Below, one piece after another: positions 1-12,473 of a DNA stretch of 64,000 nt. The translations under genes and the position numbers were made by a program. Below the pieces are notes generated by a model. That model was not told where the DNA came from. It made no database searches and was given only the letters and a program-made list of their open reading frames with translations. The stretch is taken from positions 11,470,001 to 11,534,000 of the forward strand of contig CM120642.1 of NCBI GenBank assembly GCA_051362555.1. Reading direction: 5' to 3'. The stretch comes from Lingula anatina. Its lineage: Eukaryota > Animalia > Brachiopoda. Numbering within the stretch: the first letter of the stretch is position 1; each line of letters opens with the position of its first letter.

Positions 1-1996
1 GACCAGATATATATCAAAAGGATAATAAGGGTTTGGAAAACTCTTTGAAAAAAACTTTAGTTGATACTAAGATCTAATATCCGTTTATTAGATCTTAGGT
101 AGATAATAAATGTTATACCTCAGGAATTTTTATAGTTCAAACCCAATAACAATTATGGTGAATAATTGTGTTTATGAAATGGCAGGGTTATAGGTTTATA
201 AACTAAACACAGAGTGTACAGGCTGTGGCTGGTTTTATCATAGTGGACTAGAGTCTACTTAAACTATTTTATCAGGTACACTTGAAAATCACTAAATTTA
301 TAATTTTATTAAAATTTTATTTTTAGCCCTCCACCATCCCCTATCACCCGGCCAATGTTTTTGCCAACTTTTTGCTCTATTGTATGGGGTTTGTACGTGT
401 GATCATTTAATTTTACGTTGTTACTATCCCCATCTTGTAACTTAGTATCGTATTACATTTCGTCATTTTAATAAATGACAATATCAGTCATATGGACTTA
501 TTTTTTATTTGATTTTGAGCAAAATCTGAGCTTCGTTGTGCTTGTGAACATTTGACTTCATAAATAAATTTCTAAAGAAAATGGCAGCCATCTGGCATTT
601 TCTCAAAAATGCCATCTGGCATTTTTCTGAGGGAAACACAATCTACCATAGACGTATAATAGGGGTAATGAAGATATGGAAAACACTGATAACAATCTAA
701 ATTTGATAATGGGCACTATATCCCCCTGGTTGTAGTTGAAACCCCTGCCGTCCACATACTCTTATGGCATTGGAGGCCATCTTTTTTTTCATATTTTCCC
801 CGGCTAGGATTTCTTAGGACTATTAGCATGTCATTTTGGGGACTTCATAGGAAAGCAATGTGGTAAAATAAAAACTGTTGCAATTACTTTCCAAATTGGT
901 CCTATAATGGATTAGATTGCGAATATTCTACTTGACGCTTAACGTCGAGCATGGAATAGCAAATGTACCAATAACCTCATAAAATGGAAATTAAGTGTAT
1001 AGACTTACTTGCAAGATTGGATGATATTTTGGCGATCTTTCTCCCTCCAATGTCCTCAAAATATCTGCCGGTTAAAAAAATCAATCGAGTGAAAACAAAT
1101 AAGTGCCCATTCGCACTACTTTTTCAAGAAGAAAAAAAAGATACAGAATATGTTCGATATAACAATAAGATATTATAATTAAATTTAGTCTCAAAATTAG
1201 GATGGCAAAAGGGTAATGCAAGTTGTAAATTTAGAAGTTAATTCTTTGTATATGTTAATCACAGGCGGATGGAAATGTCAAAAGTACAGGTACTTCGCGT
1301 CGATAGATTTATTCTGTAATCAATAACTGTTGTTATAACTGCTGAATAATATTTTTAAGTTGGCAAGTTGGGGTGACGCCATATAAAAAACATGGTCTTG
1401 ACTTCTATGTTAAATTTCTTGGTCGGTGTGCAGCAGTGAGCATCAAACTTTAAAAGGCTTCTCTTCTAAAAAAGTCGCCACACGAATTCTTCTAAAAAGT
1501 TTCATTTTCCAAAATTTATGAATACAAAGCAAAACACGATGCATATTCTAAGCCGAAAGCGTGCTCAAAAGATTGGTGCCATGTTGCCCATGCCCGAATA
1601 TTTTCCCCAGTATCGTGGACGTGAGATATATAAGGGGAAGAGCATCGCAAAAGGAGACTTACAATGCAAAGGTTTGGAGGGTATTCTCCATATAAGTACC
1701 ATATTTATGTTCAGATACATTAGTAACATGGTCCTTTTTTATATTGTTTAAGCAAGTTAAACAATGCACAGGCCATGTATAGTAACATACATTGTCAAGT
1801 CTGTTTTTATAACAATACTGACATCATAACACCCAGAACTCCGCACGTGCTGGCGAAACGGCCTAATAATCTTTTAAAACTTCATGAAAATGCATGTGCT
1901 AACATCGTAAAAAATGGACCGATTTAACTACAAATCAATTAAAAATATTCTCTTTTGTATTTGCCACTATCGGTCTTTATTTCCATACGTTCATTG

Positions 1997-4367
1997 AAAC
2001 AAGGCAGCAAAGCTGTCAAATGTACAGACAAAAAGCAGACAATAACAATGCACAAAATAGGCTACTGTCAATTCTGATGCAAAAGTACATTATGCTTAAC
2101 TGCAAATTCAACATCAAATTTTAATTATGCTCAGCAGGTAATACCAATGTAAGTGAAATGTGTAACAAGCGTAAGGCTTCAGGCCCATGGGAGTACTAGT
2201 TCACACTTAGAAAGTGCCAGAATGAGAAAAATGGAAATTTCACACAAAACTGCACAAAATCAATAATAAATGATAACCCATTTGAGCTGGCTTTCTAATT
2301 TGAACTGCATGCCAATCCTAAAAATCATACTTGTAAGTTGAATATAATAATAAGTAACACAGTTTTCTTTTCATAATGTTTGTAGTAGCAGTGCAAAAAG
2401 ATTTTTGTCAATTTTGATGTAACATTACATAATAAATTACAGAATAATTATCACCATTTTTTGATTATTGACTATAAATAGCATGGCCATGTAGACAATT
2501 TGATTACCATTTGGCTTCATGTCCATGGGAGCTTGGAGTCCCACAATGAATATGCCAACATGATAAAAATGAATATTTCACTAAAATGTATAACTTCCAG
2601 AAAAAGAAGCTAATTAGACTGCTTTTCCAACTCGAGCTGCATTTTAGTCCTGTGTTTCTTTTTTGAAAGTTTGACAATCATAAGTAACATGGTTTTCCCA
2701 TGATGGTCATAATGGCAGCAGCACCGAAAATTGTGTTTTCTTCTATTTTGATGCAATATTACATAATGCTTAACAGCATGAAGACCATCAGTTTGTAATA
2801 ATAAAATATACGTATCATGGATTTTCAGAAAATGTGACTGCGTAGCATGGGTCTTCAAGCCCGTGGAGGTTCTAAGTCACACCTTGAAAATGCCAATAAG
2901 TGAAAAATTAAATTTTCACAAAAAACTGTTTAACTGCCAGAAAAATTTACCAAATAGACTGCATTGCTCACTGAAGCTTTATTTAAGTCCCATGTTTCTT
3001 TCCTGTAAGTCTGAGAACATTAAGTGATATGGTTTTCCTTAAATGGTCATCATGGGAGCAGTGTCCAAAATAGGGGTTTCTTCAAATTTTGATGCAATAT
3101 TACATAATGTTTAACAGCATAATGACCATTAATGTTTAATAATAAAATATTAGTATCATGGATATTCAGAAAATGTGACTAGCAAAGGTCTTCAGGACCA
3201 TGGAACTTCAAAGTCACACCTTGAAAATGCCAATATGTGAAAAATTTAATTTTCACAAAAAACTGTTTAACTGCCAGAAAAATTTACCAAACAGACTGCA
3301 TTGCCTAATTATACTGTATCTTAGTCCCATGTTTCTTTCCTGTAAGTTTGAGAACAGTAAGTGACATGGTTTTCCTTAAATGGTCATCATGGGAGCAGTG
3401 TCCAAAATAGGGGTTTCTTCAAATTTTGATGCAATATTACATAATGTTTAACAGCATAATGACCATTAATGTTTAATAATAAAATATTAGTATCATGGAT
3501 ATTCAGAAAATGTGCCTAGCAAAGGTCTTCAGGCCCATGGAACTTCAAAGTGACACCTTGAAAATGCCAAAATGTAGACAAGACAGCACTGTCCTGAAAT
3601 GTGTTTTTTTCCATTTTTAACAATTTTTTTACATATAACAAAATTAACAATTTCCTGCCATTTTTATATGATCAACTAAAAAAATTGATGAGATGGGAAA
3701 AATATCAATAGAACAGTGTTTAATGTCCAATTTCCTCCATTCTGAGTTTCTGAACATAGTGAATGATTGAATCCGACAAACTGCAATGATATGAGTTTAT
3801 TTCCATTTTTGAAACTCTATTATACAATACATGATACCAAGTTTACCATCATTTTTACATAATCAACTAACAATGTTGTAAAGATGCAGGAAATGTCAAA
3901 CAAACACTTTTGCGAATCTTATTAGTTAAATAATGAGACTGTTAACATGCCTAAGAATTGAATCTGAGGAAATGTGAAAAAACAGCATAACTTATAAAAT
4001 AATGGCCCGATCATCATGATTTTTGAACTTGACCTGTGTTTTAGTAAGATTGATTACTCCTGTGAGTTTCATGACAACAGGCCTATCGGTTTTCCTTGAA
4101 ATGTGTTAACAGTGTTGCATATATGCTGAAAAATGAAAAAACAGCATAACTTCTACAATAATGGCCCGATCATGCTGATTTTCGAACTTGACCTGCGTTT
4201 TATGAATATTCATCAGCTCTGTAAATATAAAGCCAAAAAGTAAAACTGCCCTCCACTTATCGTGTTAACAAGGAAAGTGCACGGCGCCGGCATCGGCGAC
4301 GGCATCGGCGACGACAGACGCAGGTGATGGCAATATGTACAGACACATCTGTGTCTGTACATAAAAA
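1997..4367 (-). mobile_element. Non-autonomous Helentron-type element (HINE/DINE-like) carrying a ~337-bp tandem array
   Basis: Minus-strand 5' end TTTTTATGTACAGACAC-AGAT-GTGTCTGTACAT (hairpin, 4335-4362) is followed by a GTCGCC-type microsatellite (4283-4320). A matching subterminal inverted copy ATGTACAGACA lies at 2020-2030, then a small stem-loop (2003-2017) and a T-rich end. No ORF. Confidence 0.75.
2050..3570. repeat. ~337-bp tandem repeat, about 4-5 units, divergence increasing leftwards
   Basis: CCTTGAAAATGCCAA recurs at 2882, 3219 and 3556 (period 337); more degenerate equivalents near 2205 and 2545. Confidence 0.85.
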
Positions 4368-5150
4368 CAGCGTCAAGACCGCGTGTATGACCAGTGCTAG
4401 TATAGCAAAAATATGAGCGTACTCTTACATAGACTACATGTACATAACATGACAGATTTGACGCTCATACACACATCGACTCATCTTTCATTTTTCCTTG
4501 GAAAATAGTTAGCATTCGTTTTTTTCAAGAATAAAATGAAAAGAAACCACATATCTTTCAATCAATTCACATTTTCTGCCTGTTGTTAAGGCAGGACATT
4601 CAAATAATTTGCGTTACACGTACCTCATTAACGTGGATTGAGCAACTTTCAAAATTTTCGAATTTTGCTCATTTCAGATTCTAATATGTCTCCAAAAGAC
4701 AACGGAAAGAAGCTTAGAGAGCGGAAAAGAAGATAGGAAGAAGTAAAAGAAAGGGAGAACTCCACGGATTTTATTGCACCCAAAATTCGCAGGGGACGTA
4801 AGATCCTAAAATCCGTGCGTCCAGTTGTTACCGAGGCTTACGTACGCTCATTGGACAACGCTTATAGCATGGACAATACATGATTGTTTGAGCCTCGGTC
4901 CCACAATTTAAGAAACCCATTTTCAATTTTTACCCCCAAACTGCAATTATGACGTCAACCATAAGATAACGTGCGTAAATGTTAATTTATTTAGTCACTG
5001 AACATTGAATGTTTATCTTATCCAAAAGAATTTATGTAAGGCAGTATATAAGGAGTTTTGATCAAAGGCAAAAGTAGGTTTTAAAGAGTGTTTATCCATG
5101 TGCAGTTTCTCATTTTAAATTATCAATTTTAGATATTGTCGGGCCTCAGG

Positions 5151-5350
5151 TTGGTTATCAAAAGGTCACTCACAACGCACAAAAGTGACGCCAGGCCTCA
5201 TATGGATCTATTTTTCCTGTCATTTCTCAAATCAGAAAGTAAATCTCCAGTAGAGATGCAAGCGGTACACTCGATAATGAGGAAGAGGTAAAGGTTTCGA
5301 AATCTACCTACATGTGTAGTAAACATTTTTGTGGTGGATATGGACTCGTC
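5151..5350 (+). pseudogene. Frameshifted THAP zinc-finger relic, probably from a DNA transposon
   Basis: Three frames join into LVIKRSLTTHKSDARPHMDLFFLSF / RCKRYTR**GR / KVSKSTYMCSKHFCGGYG; CSKHF (5315-5329) is the THAP C-S-x-H-F signature. Contains stops and frameshifts. Confidence 0.55.
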
Positions 5351-6139
5351 TTTTGATCGGCAGTTACATGTATGCTTCTTTGGGCGTTTTGTGGTGTTAT
5401 CAACTAGGTTAAGGGACAACAGGTCCTCGTGTGATATTCAAAATTCCACAATAAATACATTGAAAAAAACAACACAGAAAAAATACGTTTTACGGCACTT
5501 TTCCCCCTAAAATGAAGTTATTTTCCTTTCAAGTGTCAGAACTTTTCACATGTATTAGTAACTAACTTAATCACATAAGGAGGGCTAAAAAGACCTGAGA
5601 GACCCCAAATATGGCATAATTATGATGATTCAGCTTGATGTCAAAAAAGAATCTTCCAGCACTTTTTTCTTTTGAACAAGAACTATCAGTGACCTCGGAT
5701 ATAAAATTGCACATTTATTAGCATACATAATGTATTGCCATAATCACTGTCGCAATACATAAAATTTTCACACCAGATATCGACTTTCTTAAGCTTGGCA
5801 TGTATCATTATTTATAAGAATCCAAGAGCAAATGGAGCCTGATATTTCTCAATGACAACTCCATTGTTCCTCTTGATATTTCTTTGTCCACTCATGCAAA
5901 ACAGTTACCAATCCCACTATTTCAATTGTTTTTCACCTCTTCAAACAACGATCCTTTCGAGTTATGTTTGCTTCCTTACAATTAGCAACAAAATTATTGA
6001 TTCAAATGAATTTAATCTTGCAACCCAAAACATATCCCATGGCTCTTGATAACAGTGTATTTACATCTATGTTCAGAAACAACTCCATCTCTTCCAAATG
6101 AAGTGTGTTCTCAGTTACTATCCTGTCCCAGCAATATCT

Positions 6140-7466
6140 TCAACCAGTAAGGTACTTCTTGCCTAAAGTCTGTGCTTTCTTGTCCATCGCTGCTGACTTA
6201 ACAGGAGTATTGGGCTCATAGAAAGGATTCATGGCATACTGGAAAAAAATTTTTTTTTGTTAGGAAACATGAACCCAGATGTTGCAAAATGATAGTTGTA
6301 CATAAACCTTAGAAATGAGTTTGGCTTGTAAGAGCAAGGAAGGAGAAATGGATATGTTGTTTTAAAACTTTAAAATAGACATAAAAAAGGGTTTCAAATT
6401 TAAAAAATCATGTCTGAAAATAAGATGCACCATGACACAGATGAAGAACTCACCTTAACATAAGCTTCATACATTTCTTGGAAGAAGTTTCGAATACCAT
6501 CTTCATTTTTGGTGTCATGAAGCATTAGAAATCTCATTCCTGAAGCAAATGATTAAGGAAATGTGACCTGTATCTATCAACAAATAGCTGCCATCACTAA
6601 GTTTTAAGTTATATTAGCAGGGCAGTCAACTTAAATAATATTGTTCTTGTTGTTTCAAGGTCACCGTTTGATTCTTAACATGGAAAATGCTCTATTATTC
6701 TTTCTCTGACACACACACACACATCTACCTACACCCTGAATTAAACATATGGTTACAAATATCATCTAGCTTCATTTGTGTCATACATTCAGAAAGGAAT
6801 AGTACCAAAATCAAAAGGATACTTCCAGCTGTGACAAAAGCAGAGACAAACCACTCATTAAACTTGTCGACTATCTTCAGGTACATATTCCCTGTCATCC
6901 ACATTTGTTCATCAACCAGATCCAATGCTGCATGGGCTATAAACTGGTTCAAGTGACGATGGTCATCTTTCTAAAAGGAAGAAACAACAATTTCACAACT
7001 GCAGTTACCTGACTAATGCAACAATAAAGACTACATAAAAAAGTTGGCAGCAAAAAGATCTTGAACTAAAATTTAGTTGGTTAGACTAGCTCGGCAGTAC
7101 CGTGATTGCATTTTAACAGACTTTTGTAGCCTGATTCACAAATGACAGCTGCAACTGTCTTGCAAATTTTATAAACAAAAAATTTAGACTAATTATAAAA
7201 ACATATTCAAACAGCTTCTACCTGATCTAATGATCTTCTTATTGAAATTGTTCAAGCGTTGCAATTTTAATTTCATAGATTAAGACATCTTATTTCAATG
7301 TCCCAAACTCTTTGGCTTTCAGTGGAACATTTTGTGGTATGCACACTTCAGTTTTCCATCTGTATCTTACCTTTGGGTCATTAGCTTTACTTGGTGGTAG
7401 ATATTCCATTTCATACACTGGGTTGTCATGGTGACCAACAATCACAAAGTAATAACTTCCAGACAT
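6140..7466 (-). CDS. TRAPPC2: Trafficking protein particle complex subunit 2 (sedlin), 142 aa
   Basis: Coding exons 7466-7371, 6970-6823, 6539-6454 and 6238-6140 join in frame to [22 protein letters not shown]...[24 protein letters not shown]...[14 protein letters not shown]...[12 protein letters not shown]...KKYLTG*. A 5' UTR acceptor lies at about 7712; a probable non-coding exon 1 ends at the GTGAGT donor at 14169. Confidence 0.97.
6540..6822 (-). other. U12-type (minor spliceosome) GT-AG intron of TRAPPC2
   Basis: 5' splice site GTATCCTTTT; branch site TTCCTTAAT about 12 nt upstream of the AG; removal gives the conserved in-frame TAG-R-MRF junction. Confidence 0.9.
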
Positions 7467-9165
7467 TCTTACAGTAATAGTATATTAGCTTGGATATTTA
7501 AATGTTGAATCCCGCAGGAGTTCATTTGGATGAAATTTTTTCGCAATAGAAAATATATACACATGGGTACACTAATCTATGTGAATTGGAATGTTCATAT
7601 GTTGAATTGTCTAAGTAACTAAACTCTGACGCATTATATCAGGTGTGTAGCATCCTTGCTTTTTTTCAGGATAAACCGTTGCTCCATGTAGATTCACATT
7701 CAACTTTCTGTCTGTGAAATAAAAAGAAAAAGAAATAAATTGAGTGAATATAAAGTGAGTTTCAAATTATACATTGGGAATTACAGAGAAAAATCTAATG
7801 TCAATTTCATAGCAGCAACACTTTATTCAGAAGCACTGAAATGGTAAAAGTATCAAGGACAAATTATTTATTGTGAAAAATGTTTTTTTTAATAGTACTA
7901 GTACACATATGTGCCTGTTGTTTATGTTCCTGTTTTGTCCCTGTTAGTCCCAATGCCAAACATGCTAGAGACATTAAAAATCCAGAATTGGACTGTTTAT
8001 TCATATGAGGACTCACAAACACTAGTAGCTCACAAGAAGTCTTCCTCGAATCGACGGACAACCATCACTAGTCTAGGGTCCTTTAAAACATAGAAATGGA
8101 CCGAAATGGATAGAAATGGACCGAAATGGACCGAAATGGGCTGAAATGGACCGAAATGGACGCATGGCAAACCTCTATGAGATCGCACTTGGGTTTTGCA
8201 TAGTAAAAATAAACTTACTTTTATACCAGAAAGAAGTTTTATTGAATTTTCTGGTGATACACCCTTCGAGGTAGTAATCGGGTCAAGGTCGCCATTTTCA
8301 AGGTGGATTCCACAACGAGGCTCTGTTTAAAAACACAGTTGCTTGTATCATGCACGTGTTTTAAAGTCCAATTAGATCATTTAAACTGCAAACCTTTGAC
8401 TTAAGTAACCAGAACCAAAGAAAGCTACAATAATGTGTGCAACATGATAATATATATTTATTTTTTGCGAATTATCAGCAGGGAGGGGACTAATAGTCTA
8501 AGTTAAATAATGAAATTTCTGGATTATAATTAGGAATAAATATACTGTATATCCTTATATATCCTTAACCGAAAGAGTTAAAGGATGTGGAACTTGCAGT
8601 GTATTTTATTATAAACCTGTTTGAAACTGTTGATCTCTATAGCATAGGGCATGTCCATTGCCATATCTGTAAGTTTTCTGTATTTTTCTGTTAGTGTTGT
8701 GAAATGGGTGAAGAGTGAAAAAAATTTCAGGTAAGAAAAGTGATGTTTCTTTAACGCTGAGACCAGGACTTCAGATTGCCAGTGAACCATTACAGTTATT
8801 AACAACCAGTTAGCGATCTCTGCTAGCTGGTAGAGATAATGATAAAAATGTGACAAGTGAGTACAGTAGTTATGTCACTGACAGGTAAGTCAGACTTACA
8901 TTCTTTATTTAATTAAGTGCAAATTGATTTGGCTACTATTCCTTTTGGCTTCTGTGAGCTTGTGGAGTTAACACCTCATTAATTAATCACCACTATCAGA
9001 TCAGTCCTATGATAAGATATTTGGATCTTAACCACCTTTTTTCATTGAACAGATCCATTCTATCAAGTGTTCATTTTGGCCCAAAAAAAAAAAAAACAAA
9101 AACAAAAAAAAAAAAACAATATTAACATTCTCACCAATAGTTAATGAATCCATCCCAACATCAAA

Positions 9166-9212
<47 letters not shown>

Positions 9213-10378
9213 TAACAATTTCTAAACAGATTATCATTAATAACAGAGCCATCAATGAGGAGGTCATGTGGTCTGATGGCAAGCACAGAATTCAAGCTAA
9301 TTATCATAACGATCCTTTTGGCGTTTAAAAAGAATTTATTATATTTTCATTTACAGTGTATTTATTGTGAAATATGAATCTTATACAAAGAACTATTCTT
9401 ATTTAACAAACCATTTAGTAAAGTCTTTGCCACAAGGTAATGGTTGTTATGCAACTGTGCATGTATACATACATGTACTTCATAAATTTGTCATGAATAA
9501 CAAAACATTCTTTCTTGTTCAGCAGGTGTGAGGTCTATACACTTTGGTGTGTAGATCAAGGCTTGTGGACTTAAAAATGAGGATGGCAAGATTAGGAGAG
9601 AATATCAGCTGAAAGTTTTCTATTTATGTGTTGTGAAAGGTGTAAAAAGTGTGATCCATGCAGGCCCGAAGAAATGTGAAAAAAACTCAGATAAGTACAT
9701 GTTTTTTATTTCTTTGACTCTGAGACCAGAACTTTAGATTGCCAGTTAACCATCAGTTTCTTTATGAACCCTTGCGTATAGAGTTCTAAGATACAACCAA
9801 GTATTAATATGAAGTCTAAGAAGCCTCGGTACCCATGCAGTGTCTGCTCAACTGCTTGCACATACGATGTTATTGAGTGTTCCTCTTGCAATCAATGGAC
9901 TCACAGGTAAGCTGAATTGATAAGATAGTAAGAAAACATACTTACAGGGTTGGAAGACAAAATTTGTCTACTTATTTGCTTGTTATAATTGTTACGATCA
10001 TAATCAGGTAGCTTTTGGAATTTTTGGGAACCAAAAATATTACTTTTGCAGCTGATGCAGATCTGCAATAAAAACTTTAATCTTATACTTTTTTATTACA
10101 AAATGGTAGTCTCATCCCTGAATAGGTAAATTGGATTAACTAGCTTAGAATGGATTAGGTTTTAATGCTGTCTCAGATCACAGAATAATTTTTAAAAAAT
10201 TTTTTCACATTGGACTGCTTTTGATTTGCTATTGTTATGAAGTGATGTGCTACATGTATGTAGGGGATTTCATTATTATTTGTTGTAGCTGGTGTTTTGG
10301 TATACCAACCGACTCATATATATCGATCACTGTCCCTACCTGTGTCATAGCCATTTGACATCACCCTATAACTCATCT

Positions 10379-11002
10379 CATTTTACTATATATTTTACCT
10401 TGTCAAACTGAACTGTCGATTAGATTTACTTCGATTATTAAAGGCACATCTTTTCCATCTACATGTAGTTACAACTTAGTTGCTGTTTGTGTCTGGAAAT
10501 TAATTGTCCATTTCTTCTCACTAGGGGACACTTTGTCTTATATAGTAAATAATATTAACTTTAAAGAGGATAAAACAATTGTTAAGTGTATACATTTCTT
10601 TCACATACCTCTCTGAGGGGTTAGAATAAAATATTGTGTTAATGAAAAAAAGAGGAATAAATTTATCAGTGAAATTATGACAATAACGAAGTAAAATTGA
10701 ATCAAATGAAAGTAATAATAGGTATGAGAATAAAGCAAAAAAGGCAATATTTTAGTAAAAAATCTAAAACCCACATAACTTTACATAACATTTCATTATA
10801 TGAAACTTTACTTTGGATTTTTTTAAAGTATCCAAGAGTCAATGCGGTTCCATATTTTAATCGTATTCTATGGTTTGTTCATTTCCAGACACAAACAGCA
10901 ACTAAGTTGTAACTACATGTAGATGGAAAAGATGTGCCTTTAATATTCGAAGTAAATCTAATCGACAGTTCAGTTTGACAAGGTAAAATATATAGTAAAA
11001 TG
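10379..11002. repeat. ~120-bp near-perfect inverted repeat with ~380-bp AT-rich spacer (MITE-like)
   Basis: 10379-10500 is the reverse complement of 10881-11002; no clear TSD. Confidence 0.8.
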
Positions 11003-11009
11003 GGACGGC

Positions 11010-11520
11010 CCAGAGTATAGTGATTGGTACTTTATTATTAATATCCGTTTTTTCTAATACTAACAGGTGAAGGGTTCAGCAGTTCCATAATAATGTTGCT
11101 TGCGTTTAGGAGTTGGGGCATCAGATCTGTGATACAGCCCATGTGAAAGGTCTGCGACACTACGACCCTTGAGGATGGCCCAGTGTGACACTACGTCCAG
11201 TAGTTTGGTACTTTATTATTGGTATCTGTTTTACAAAATACCAATAGGTGAAGGGGTTATCTTTCAGCACTTCCGTGATAATGTTGCCTGCATTTAGGGG
11301 GCAGATTCTTTCCAGATTTGCAATGCCGCCCATGTGAATGGTCTGCGGAACTACGACCATGGAAATGCGGCTCAGGGTGGCACTACGACCTGGCATCTAC
11401 ATCGCACTGCCCAAACTGAAAGCAGATCAACAGCATCAAAGTTAAGAAAGCTCTGGCAATGGTACCCAGGCACCTCCAAAAGTTGCTGAACGAAGAAAAC
11501 TGAGGAAATCTCATTTCATA
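11010..11520 (+). pseudogene. Duplicated, decayed coding-exon relic of unknown family inside the TIR element
   Basis: Two diverged tandem copies, each after an AG acceptor, translate to QQFHNNVACV*ELGHQICDTAHVKGLRHYDP*GWPSVTLRP and QHFRDNVACI*GADSFQICNAAHVNGLRNYDH..RVALRP; several differences are at synonymous positions. Confidence 0.4.
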
Positions 11521-12473
11521 CCTATAAACGGTCCTTTTCAGGACCACCCACTTTTCTCAGGAAAGGCTTCCAATATGTTCCAATTAACTACCTAAACCTA
11601 TATACCCTTTATAATACAGGAATACCTAGCATGACTGCTTGATGAAACTGTAACAGGACTGTTATTTAAAAACGACTCAGACTGATCTGGTAGAGACTTG
11701 AAGTGGTATTTTTTTATAAACATGTTGTTTATTGCGATACCTATGAGAGGTAGAACAGCATGAGTGGACAAATGTCTGAATAATGTGATGAAACGAACAG
11801 AACAATTTACGTGAACTAAAACTAAAAAATAAATGAATAGTATTCTAAATGAACTAAACTAAAAATAATTATCTGTATAACAAAATAAGACAACATGAAA
11901 CTCTTAAATAAAAAAGCAAACCAATCAAGCCAATATTTACCTGTAAGAGGTAGAACAGCGTGAGTGGACGAATGTGCCGCCAAATGAGGTAGGGCGTGTT
12001 TCTGGGCCTTGCACTCAAATGCAGTTATAATTCCATGTAAACGCCATGAAATAAATTTTTACTCATTAAATTGATTCTTTTGGTCTTTGATGACGCGGCA
12101 GATATATATTGAGGTTTCTTTACGTTGCATGGTATGTGTTGAAAGAATCTTAATATCTATTAAGCGAACTTATTTCTTTTTTAATTTAGGAATAAACTAA
12201 TGATAATAAAATGAAAAGAAAACAAATGATTTCAATTTTGAACCAGTATTATTTTAGAAAACCATTGACTTTTTGTGCTAATGAACAACGCTGATAGGCC
12301 TACATTTCTGTGAAACTTGAAGCAACTAGCTTTACTTTGATACCCTATACAGGTTATACATATACTATATTCGATCACAAGCCTATGAAAGTAGATTTTT
12401 AATTCTCTAACAAATTTTTTTTAGATGCCGACTTCTTTCATTTCACTATCCGGTTAAAAAAAACATTTTTATG

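Noticed and set aside
1-920. Possible end of another DNA transposon (short GCCATCT repeats)
   Set aside because: No partner terminus or TSD is visible within the window.
8091-8160. 10-bp GAAATGGACC repeats as a stand-alone minisatellite or iteron
   Set aside because: Mirrored at 13915-13974; they are part of the transposon TIRs.
9084-9211. A-rich and 45-nt poly-T tracts as a retroposon tail
   Set aside because: No TSD or recognisable SINE/LINE body; the poly-Lys ORF is an artefact of the tract.
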